Part shown: positions 57,696 to 64,000 of the stretch, one piece after another | How the letters are laid out: every line of letters starts with the position of its first letter | Numbering within the stretch: position 1 is the first letter of the stretch | Source of the DNA: a virus | Direction: 5' to 3' (one strand) | Virus record (IMG/VR): IMGVR_UViG_3300044712_001160 | Span: 3,169 to 67,168 of that record | Length of the DNA: 64,000 bases | Notes under the pieces: generated by a model | What the model saw: only the letters and a program-made list of their open reading frames with translations | What the model was told of the DNA's origin: nothing | Database searches by the model: none | Made by a program: the position numbers and the translations under genes

Positions 57696-58705
57696 AGCTT
57701 GTCATAGAGGATGTAGAGGACGAGCAGCGCCAGCGCTGTGGGCAGAATATAGTCCGGCAGCGACAGGCCGTCGAACAATCCCTCCGCAACTGTGCGAATC
57801 TCATCCGCCTGACGAACGGCCTCGCCGACCACTGCGACGGCGCCAACGCCGATGCCTGCGGTACCCACAGTGTCCTTGCGGGTGCGGGCTTTTTCCTGAG
57901 CTTTCTCGAGCAGGTCCTTGTCGAGTTCTTCCCAGGTCATAGGTCCGGCAATGCCGTCAGCGACGAGTCCGTTAGCGGTTTGATACGCCTTCAATGCCGC
58001 CTTTGTAGCCGGGCCGTTTACGCCATCGACTTTACCCGGCTCGTAGCCTAGTATCGTGAGCGATTCCTGCAGCTCGTGAATTGATCGACCGGCCGGCTGC
58101 TGGCCGTTTTCAGCAATCGCCCAATTCTGGATCAGCTTCTTGGCGTAATCATTCTCACGCCACTTCGGGCCGTTGTAGGCTAGGGCAACCTTTTCGGCTG
58201 CAGTACGATTGGGAAGATCGTTCAGGTACGGCGTCACGCCGAAGCGATCCAGGTACCGAGCAACGAGTTCGGTCTGACCGGCCACACCCGAGGATGCGGT
58301 CATCGCAACCTCTTCAGCGCTTTCATAGCCAAGCTTCTCCCAATGAAAACCCATGACCTGACCCCAGCCCCACGAGGTTGCAGCATAGGCTGCTTCACTG
58401 TGGATCTTGGTCATCCGGTCGAAGAACTGCCAGCGGCCGGCATACGACTTCGGCAGCGTCACGCCATTCCGTTTGGGGTGAGCGAGCCCCTCGTTTACCG
58501 CCTTCCGCTGGAGATCGGGAAAGGGCTTAAGGAACTCATAGAACTTATGAACTTCCGGGCGAATAGGTGGAACCCGTGCACCCTGTACCATCCAGTAGAC
58601 AGTACCGCTGCTCTCGGTAAGGCCCAGTGCGATCATGCACCGAGCTTTGATGCCGAGTTGTTCGGCAGCGCCTTCGATATCTAGGCGCTCTTGTGAGCTG
58701 AACAT
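57683..58705 (-). CDS. Endolysin: N-acetylmuramidase (DUF3380), PG-binding domain and C-terminal hydrophobic helices
   Basis: TESSG, IRPEVHKF, ATSWGWGQVMGFHW, YNGP, and PG-binding DGVNGPAT..AL..YQ..NGL.ADGIAGP.T. Confidence 0.9.
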   Translation of the reverse strand: MFSSQERLDIEGAAEQLGIKARCMIALGLTESSGTVYWMVQGARVPPIRPEVHKFYEFLKPFPDLQRKAVNEGLAHPKRNGVTLPKSYAGRWQFFDRMTKIHSEAAYAATSWGWGQVMGFHWEKLGYESAEEVAMTASSGVAGQTELVARYLDRFGVTPYLNDLPNRTAAEKVALAYNGPKWRENDYAKKLIQNWAIAENGQQPAGRSIHELQESLTILGYEPGKVDGVNGPATKAALKAYQTANGLVADGIAGPMTWEELDKDLLEKAQEKARTRKDTVGTAGIGVGAVAVVGEAVRQADEIRTVAEGLFDGLSLPDYILPTALALLVLYILYDKLWKR

Positions 58706-59151
58706 TATGTCTTCCTTCTCCACAGTGCCACGTATAGTCGATGGATTGTCCGGATCGCTAGGTTATGATTGGGGTAGAAAGCTATCGTAACCCAGTTCCA
58801 GTCTCGCTGCTCGCTCTTCGTAAGGTTCAGATATGCGGCGAACAAGTGGCAGAAAGCTGCCCATGTTAGAGCAAGTGCCAACACTAGTCCGTCGAAAAGC
58901 AGGCCGTATTGCACATACTCGAACTCAGTCTCTCGACCGTAGTTCAAAATCCGGAATCCGACCTTCCACACGAAAGCGTTGACTGCCGCCATAAGGAAGG
59001 CGATGACAACACCGTGGGCAAACCACACTTCCGGAAGCTTTCTGCTCTCCTTATCTAACACCCGCCAGCCAGTTTGCCAGTAAAGCTTGACAACCAGCAA
59101 AGCATAGAAGATGATGATCAGACCCCCGATTAGGCCTATGAAGTGGACCAT
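58705..59151 (-). CDS. Multi-TM membrane protein (holin/antiholin candidate)
   Basis: 3-4 hydrophobic segments directly upstream of the endolysin. Confidence 0.55.
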   Translation of the reverse strand: MVHFIGLIGGLIIIFYALLVVKLYWQTGWRVLDKESRKLPEVWFAHGVVIAFLMAAVNAFVWKVGFRILNYGRETEFEYVQYGLLFDGLVLALALTWAAFCHLFAAYLNLTKSEQRDWNWVTIAFYPNHNLAIRTIHRLYVALWRRKT

Positions 59152-59157
59152 TTCCCA

Positions 59158-59334
59158 TTAACCCTTCTTCGTTTTCATGTTCTCTTCGCTTGTTCGGCGA
59201 AGTAAGGCATACAGTTTTTCTTCGGCATTCTGCGCTGCCTTGGCGTTTTCTTCAACAGCTATTTTCAAACGCTCTCGGGTTTTATGGTCTTCATCATCTA
59301 GCCCCCCCAGACCCATGAGTCTCCAGATATTCAT
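59158..59334 (-). CDS. Small lysis-cassette protein
   Basis: MNIWRLMGLG..., ATGA overlap with the upstream gene. Confidence 0.5.
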   Translation of the reverse strand: MNIWRLMGLGGLDDEDHKTRERLKIAVEENAKAAQNAEEKLYALLRRTSEENMKTKKG

Positions 59335-59570
59335 TCCCGGTTCTCCAATCGCAGCTGGCTTATAAGTGCCACCTTCTCCAGGGTGGCCGTATTCTTTTCG
59401 ATAGCCTGTATACTGCTCTGGAGATCCTCGCGGGTTTGCTTGCGCCACTCTTGTTGATCCTTTCGGTAGTAGTAAAGCACGATCATCAAGAGGATGGTAC
59501 TTATGACCGGAACGGCCTGTACCCCTTGTTGGATCAATGCCTCGATGATCCGAACCATTCCGGTTTCCAC
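59331..59570 (-). CDS. Single-TM holin-like protein
   Basis: TM segment plus coiled coil, first gene of the lysis cassette. Confidence 0.55.
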   Translation of the reverse strand: METGMVRIIEALIQQGVQAVPVISTILLMIVLYYYRKDQQEWRKQTREDLQSSIQAIEKNTATLEKVALISQLRLENRE

Positions 59571-59604
59571 GTTTCAAGACTCCCCAAGTCATGATACGTC
59601 CGGC

Positions 59605-59633
59605 ATTGTATTGATTGGATTAACATTGGTCAA
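59605..59633 (-). promoter_or_regulatory. Lysis-cassette promoter
   Basis: TTGACC-N17-TACAAT. Confidence 0.7.
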
Positions 59634-59642
59634 CCTGGAGAC

Positions 59643-59710
59643 GAAAAAGCCACCGACGCCGAAACGCCGGTGGCTCAAGTCCAACAGGGAGGTGTGTCTC
59701 TGAAACACCT
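59643..59710 (-). ncRNA. Candidate ~70-nt small RNA
   Basis: Own promoter TTGACA-N16-TACAGT with extended -10 TG (59742-59715), two hairpins, terminator GAGCCACCGG..TCGGTGGCTTTTT, no ORF. Confidence 0.5.
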
Positions 59711-59746
59711 TTACACTGTATCACAAGACGCCGGACTGTCAACCCA

Positions 59747-59780
59747 AAAGAAAAGGGCCGCATGGCGAACATGCGACCCT
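59747..59780 (-). terminator. Intrinsic terminator after HTH copy 5
   Basis: AGGGTCGCATG-ttcgc-CATGCGGCCCT-TTTCTTTT. Confidence 0.8.
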
Positions 59781-59805
59781 CTTGTCCGGAAACGGCGGAA
59801 GAAAA

Positions 59806-60132
59806 TCAGGCGGCGGCTTTCGCCTTGCCCTTTTTCGCCTTCTTCGACTTGGGCGCTTCGTCCTCGTCGTCCTCGTCGTCGGCGTCGGCTTTGCCCTTCG
59901 GAGCAGCGGCGGCGTCGGCCTTGCACTGCTTCACAACCTCGTCGAGTTCCTTCTTCGTGTTCCAGCCGTAGGACCGGCCCGATTTCTCGACGCCGAGCTT
60001 ACGCAGTTTCACGCGAACGGACGCGGGTTCGATGCCGAGCGCCTCGGCCAGGTCGCTCACGCCGTACTTCGGTGCGTCGGCGGCGGCTTCCTTCGTCGTC
60101 GCTTCGGGCTTTTCCTTCGTCTTCGTAGCCAT
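59806..60132 (-). CDS. Winged-HTH protein (paralog family, copy 5) with acidic and Lys-rich tails
   Basis: YGVSDLAEALGIEPASVRVKLRK...YGW, SD AAGGAG. Confidence 0.75.
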   Translation of the reverse strand: MATKTKEKPEATTKEAAADAPKYGVSDLAEALGIEPASVRVKLRKLGVEKSGRSYGWNTKKELDEVVKQCKADAAAAPKGKADADDEDDEDEAPKSKKAKKGKAKAAA

Positions 60133-61618
60133 CGGGTTGTCTCCTTTTCAACCGGGTTTGCATCCGTCGGAGAATTGATTTCGAGACGGAACGTTTCTCT
60201 TTTAATGCAAGTTGGATGTCCTCGTCAATAGAATTTTTTACCACTATATAGTAGTATACCACCTCTTCCGTCTGACCCCGGCGATAGACTCTAGCTTTCG
60301 ACTGTTGAAAGTCAATGGAAGAATGCCCGGTAGAGTAGAAAATTGCCACATGGCTTTTGTATAGGTCGATGCCGATACCCGACCGTATCTGACAGATTAC
60401 CACGTCATACTTGCCCGCCTGGAAGTCCCGTTGCACCTGTGGGCGGATCTTCTTGAATTTCCGTCCGCCACGAATGAACGCATAGCTCAGTTTCATGCGA
60501 CGACATAGGGACGCCAATGAGCGCATTTCCGGGACATACTTGCAGAATATCACGACGGGATCGCCACGGTGTTTCTCGAGCAAACTTTCGCACCGCCTAG
60601 TCCTGAACCCGCTGATCCTGTGAACGTTGTGCTCTTCGTCGTAAATGAACCCCGACACCAGCTGTTGAAGCTTAACCGTTTTGGTCACTGGTAGCTGAGC
60701 TGCTAAGATCTGATCCTTGAGTTCAACCACAAGGTGTTCTTCCATCTGGTCGTATTTCTTACGAACGTGAGCGGGCATGTCCACAGCGATACGAACATGA
60801 CGGGGCTCCTTGAGGTCCAGTACCTCATTAGATACGACCAGCACCCATGGTTGAATCTTCTTCTCGAACTTCGCCACCTTTCGAGGATCAAACTTTCGCT
60901 TGTATCCCATATAGCCTGTGGGTAGTAGGTAGTCATTGTCGAACTCTGCCCAGCTATCCCCAAAGACTTCGGGTGCGAAGAAACGAAATTGAGCCCAGTA
61001 GTGCGTGTAGTCACCGTCGTCGGGTGTACCAGACAGCACATACTTATGGTCGGACTTATAGCGAAGCTTCCTCATCGCTCTTGACGAGCTGGTGGATCGG
61101 TTCTTAATCCGTTGTGACTCATCCACAATAATCCAGGACCAAGTCTTGCGGGCTAGCTTATCCACATGTTTGACCAGGTACTCGTAGTGGCACAGCAGCA
61201 GCTTTGGTTTCGGAAGCTTCTTATATACTTCCCAATCGCGCGTTACGTTCACCTGTGGAAATAGCTTGGTGAATTGGTCGAGCCAGGTAGTTTCAAGGTT
61301 TTGTAGTAGACCGACGATTAACCCTTCGCTTTCGGGTGTTAGTAGCTGTTCCACTATTCCGAAGCTTACCCACGTCTTTCCTGTGCCCTGCTCCATATAG
61401 AGCGCGCATGACTGCTTGTGGATTGCGAACGCGACCGCTTCCTTTTGAAACCAGTCGAGCTTCGGCCAGAGCTGCTTCCCCTTCTTTTCGAGACTTGACC
61501 ACTGTTGCGTAGCCTCTGGCGGTTTTGATTTCTTCAATGGTTTGGAGTTGGATGACGCTTGCGTCTTCTTCCTGACCACGTTTAACTTCAAGCGCGACGA
61601 AGACTCCAATGGTATCAC
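59999..61618 (-). CDS. SNF2-family helicase
   Basis: MEQGTGKT, IVDESQRIKN, LSGTP and QSKARVYRRGQ. The start is uncertain. Confidence 0.9.
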   Translation of the reverse strand: MIPLESSSRLKLNVVRKKTQASSNSKPLKKSKPPEATQQWSSLEKKGKQLWPKLDWFQKEAVAFAIHKQSCALYMEQGTGKTWVSFGIVEQLLTPESEGLIVGLLQNLETTWLDQFTKLFPQVNVTRDWEVYKKLPKPKLLLCHYEYLVKHVDKLARKTWSWIIVDESQRIKNRSTSSSRAMRKLRYKSDHKYVLSGTPDDGDYTHYWAQFRFFAPEVFGDSWAEFDNDYLLPTGYMGYKRKFDPRKVAKFEKKIQPWVLVVSNEVLDLKEPRHVRIAVDMPAHVRKKYDQMEEHLVVELKDQILAAQLPVTKTVKLQQLVSGFIYDEEHNVHRISGFRTRRCESLLEKHRGDPVVIFCKYVPEMRSLASLCRRMKLSYAFIRGGRKFKKIRPQVQRDFQAGKYDVVICQIRSGIGIDLYKSHVAIFYSTGHSSIDFQQSKARVYRRGQTEEVVYYYIVVKNSIDEDIQLALKEKRSVSKSILRRMQTRLKRRQPDGYEDEGKARSDDEGSRRRRTEVRRERPGRGARHRTRVRSRETA

Positions 61619-61772
61619 CGACCATCTCCTGAGTTATGGTGAGGGGTATGCAGCCCACGAGGTCGGGTATACCGCTGCCCGTGAACTCGTTTCCGTGAAC
61701 CTTGAACACCCAGCCTTTCATTCTTCGCCAAGCGCGTTGAATGTCACGCTGTATTGAGGATTCCTTCGTCAT
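61293..61772 (-). CDS. VRR-NUC nuclease (Holliday junction resolvase-like)
   Basis: ESSIQ..I, SGIPDLVG, ALEVKR and S..Q. Confidence 0.85.
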   Translation of the reverse strand: MTKESSIQRDIQRAWRRMKGWVFKVHGNEFTGSGIPDLVGCIPLTITQEMVGDTIGVFVALEVKRGQEEDASVIQLQTIEEIKTARGYATVVKSRKEGEAALAEARLVSKGSGRVRNPQAVMRALYGAGHRKDVGKLRNSGTATNTRKRRVNRRSTTKP

Positions 61773-61824
61773 GCTAGGGCGCCCGGGATCGTTGTTTCAT
61801 GTGTCGCGCGTGTCATGATGCGCG

Positions 61825-61854
61825 AAAAAGAGGAAGGCGCCCTAAGGCGCCTCC
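61825..61854 (-). terminator. Intrinsic terminator
   Basis: GGAGGCGCC-ttag-GGCGCCTTCC-TCTTTTT. Confidence 0.7.
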
Positions 61855-61880
61855 CATTGTCCCTCGTCGGTGACTTGCCA

Positions 61881-62729
61881 TCACTCGTCGTCTTCGTCCT
61901 CGTCGCCATCGAGCAGGCCCTTCTCCTCGAGTGCGTCGATGATGAGCCGGCGATCCTTCTTGATCTTGCCGGTGAGCTTCACCTTCAGCTTGTGCTCCTT
62001 GTTCAGAGAGGTGAGCTCGTCGGCGTCCATCTCCATGACCGACTCTTCGGTGAGGCCGTCTTCCTCGTCCTCATCCTCGTCGTCCTCATCTTCGTCCTCG
62101 TCTTCTTCACCGATGAGGCCGGCCTTCTCGAGTGCAGCGATGACGTTCGCACGATACCGGTCGATCTTCTTCAGCGGCTTAACGCCCAGGTCATGCTCTT
62201 CAACGAGCTCGCCGAGTTCTTCGGCATCCATCTCGTTGACCTGTTCCTCGGTGTACTTGCCGCCGCCGGCGCTGTCCTCGTCTTCGTCGTCCTCATCCAC
62301 CGACTCGACCTCTTCGTCGTCATCGTCAGTCTTCGCCATGAAGTTGACGACTTTGCCGCGGATCTTGCCTTCGTACTCCTCGTGTTCCACCTGGAGCACA
62401 ATCGGTTTGCCCTTGAGTTCTTCGAGGTCAAGGTCCATCGCACCGTCGGGCCGGTCGACGCCGAGGCAATCAAGCAGCGACGCCAGGACCCACAGCGATT
62501 GGGGCTGGAGCGAGGTGTTGTTGTAGAGAGCTTTGTCGTTGAACTTCGGGTCGGAATCCTGGGTCTTGAACTTCCAGGCGAGGTACGGCTTCCCGTTGTT
62601 GTCCTCGAGCTTCACCTCGTCGACCACCGCGTCATACATGCCCTCAGGCAGCAGTACGCGGACCTCGACATCCGAAAAGTCGACGGAAACTGTGTTGCCC
62701 GCGGGTTTACGGGATGTTCTTCGTGCCAT
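61881..62729 (-). CDS. DUF669-like single-stranded DNA-binding protein with an acidic, repeated C-terminus
   Basis: LPEGMYDAVV...YL.W.F...LKGK...V.HEEYEG..R.KV, D/E tracts. Confidence 0.8.
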   Translation of the reverse strand: MARRTSRKPAGNTVSVDFSDVEVRVLLPEGMYDAVVDEVKLEDNNGKPYLAWKFKTQDSDPKFNDKALYNNTSLQPQSLWVLASLLDCLGVDRPDGAMDLDLEELKGKPIVLQVEHEEYEGKIRGKVVNFMAKTDDDDEEVESVDEDDEDEDSAGGGKYTEEQVNEMDAEELGELVEEHDLGVKPLKKIDRYRANVIAALEKAGLIGEEDEDEDEDDEDEDEEDGLTEESVMEMDADELTSLNKEHKLKVKLTGKIKKDRRLIIDALEEKGLLDGDEDEDDE

Positions 62730-62733
62730 GCTG

Positions 62734-63627
62734 TTAGACTCCTTTCAGCACATTCATGATCTTCTTGTAGTCAGGGTCCACAATGACCTCGGGCAACAGA
62801 ATGCCTTTCGCCTTACGGACCTTCGTCGTGTAGATCGGGTTCGGCCCAATCCTCAAGCAGTACTCGATATGCTCCACCTCCTGTACCTTATCCTTTACTT
62901 TTGGATTCTTGCTCTTGATCACCTTTTCTTCGGTACGTGTCCGAATGAAGGTATTCCCGATGACCGACACCGAAGCGTTCAGGTGCTTCGCCACGGACGG
63001 CATCAACTGTGGACCCACTTCGGGGGCGAGCATCGCAGTTTTCGGATCGCCTTCTTCATCCACAGCTACGTTGAAAACTCGGTGCTGGGCGATGAACACC
63101 ACGTCCATGGGGAGGTCACGGAAGTTCGTGATCATCGGCTTCATCATTGCCGCCACATCACCCCACTCTCGTTGAGTCATCGTGCCCCAGTCGCCGGCGG
63201 ACGAAGCGTCCTTGCCTTTGCCCTCGAGGACATGCTCGACGGCGATGCCCTGGAGTTGGCTCATCGTGTCCCAGATTACCGTCTTGAATTTGCCTGGCTT
63301 TTTCTTGAGGTGCCAGTAAACTCGGTCAACGTCGTTCCACTCCTCAATGGGCATCACCTCAAGATCCCTGATGCCCACCACACTATCAGTACCGCGGTCC
63401 CGACAGTCGCAAAGCAGTATAGGGCCAGGAAAAGTACCAGCAAGAGTAGTTTTGCCGCTACCCGACTGACCATAGAAAACGAACGACCGGGCACCTGACA
63501 GCTCACTTGCGCTTTTTGTCGGCAGGTTTTCGTAGTCCAGGTTTCCGACCTCGGACCGGCTTGACTGCCTTTTCTTTTTGGCGGCTGCTACTTGATTGGG
63601 TTTCGGTTTCGGGAGCGGCTTCGGCAA
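62734..63627 (-). CDS. AAA_24/Sak4-like ATPase (single-strand annealing)
   Basis: YGQSGSGKTT, TVIWDT, FIAQ. Confidence 0.85.
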   Translation of the reverse strand: MPKPLPKPKPNQVAAAKKKRQSSRSEVGNLDYENLPTKSASELSGARSFVFYGQSGSGKTTLAGTFPGPILLCDCRDRGTDSVVGIRDLEVMPIEEWNDVDRVYWHLKKKPGKFKTVIWDTMSQLQGIAVEHVLEGKGKDASSAGDWGTMTQREWGDVAAMMKPMITNFRDLPMDVVFIAQHRVFNVAVDEEGDPKTAMLAPEVGPQLMPSVAKHLNASVSVIGNTFIRTRTEEKVIKSKNPKVKDKVQEVEHIEYCLRIGPNPIYTTKVRKAKGILLPEVIVDPDYKKIMNVLKGV

Positions 63628-64000
63628 CGGTGTATTCCTTCTCCATCACGTAGTCTACATCATCGCCGGTCATGCGGGCCCGGCATATGGGTTCAAAGTC
63701 ACACCAGGAGCAGTGTTTCCCAACCGTCATCCTGTGGGCAGTTTCGCCGTGCTCCAGTATCTCTCGAGCCGTGCCCACAAACTCCGTATAGAGGAACTTG
63801 CGGACATCCTCGGTGACGGGCTGGAATACACGTTGAAACCATCGGGATCGGTTTTGCTCAGCATCTGCTAGGAGTGTCGGGTAATCGTTCGGGTCTTGTC
63901 CTGCTTGCGTTATAGTGTCATAAACGACGGAGGGTAAACTGTCAATCTTTTTGACGCTGAAGGTACCATTCTGAAGCAGTTGAGGGCGGGTGGGGGTCTT
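63503..64000 (-). CDS. Cas4-like PD-(D/E)XK exonuclease, C-terminal part (starts outside the window)
   Basis: Frame open from 64000 (KTPTRPQLLQNGT...), C-terminal CSWCDFEPIC. Confidence 0.75.
   Translation of the reverse strand, partial: KTPTRPQLLQNGTFSVKKIDSLPSVVYDTITQAGQDPNDYPTLLADAEQNRSRWFQRVFQPVTEDVRKFLYTEFVGTAREILEHGETAHRMTVGKHCSWCDFEPICRARMTGDDVDYVMEKEYTVAEAAPETETQSSSSRQKEKAVKPVRGRKPGLRKPADKKRK

Noticed and set aside
30376-63871. Many long antisense ORFs (e.g. 32696..33712, 38958..39968, 40364..41263, 61815..62759, 62533..63498)
   Set aside because: Shadow frames of GC3-biased genes on the opposite strand, with no motifs or RBS.
1-64000. tRNA/rRNA/tmRNA genes
   Set aside because: No cloverleaf with a T-loop and acceptor stem was recognised in the intergenic regions by eye. 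A tRNAscan/ARAGORN run would be needed to exclude them fully.

Overview
The window is most of a lytic tailed-phage genome (siphovirus-type, GC-rich; the GTA/YuA/Chi-like tail tip suggests a proteobacterial, possibly alphaproteobacterial, host). No integrase, tRNA or CRISPR was seen. Both ends fall inside the replication module. Layout: 1-6.4 kb nucleotide metabolism and replication (UDG-like/polymerase N-terminus, dCMP deaminase, two tandem thymidylate-synthase-fold genes with the cytosine-type Asp, MazG-like pyrophosphatase, dNMP kinase, primase-helicase); 6.3-13.6 kb short minus-strand genes; 13.6-14.1 kb AT-rich non-coding tract with an IHF site; 14-19.9 kb array of promoter-small gene-terminator cassettes separated by repeat-dense spacers; 20-29.8 kb early/middle genes including thyX; 29.9-57.2 kb terminase, portal, head and tail; 57.3-59.6 kb lysis; 59.8-64 kb helicase, VRR-NUC, SSB-like, Sak4-like and Cas4-like genes. 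Most notable: (1) a candidate cytosine-modification pathway with twin TS-fold enzymes; (2) genome segments strongly enriched or depleted in AGY/RCT trinucleotides; (3) the repeat-punctuated cassette array together with five paralogous HTH proteins; (4) an Acb1-like 2H phosphoesterase fused to the prohead protease; (5) a standalone sRNA candidate. All assignments come from motif recognition by eye and no database searches were run.
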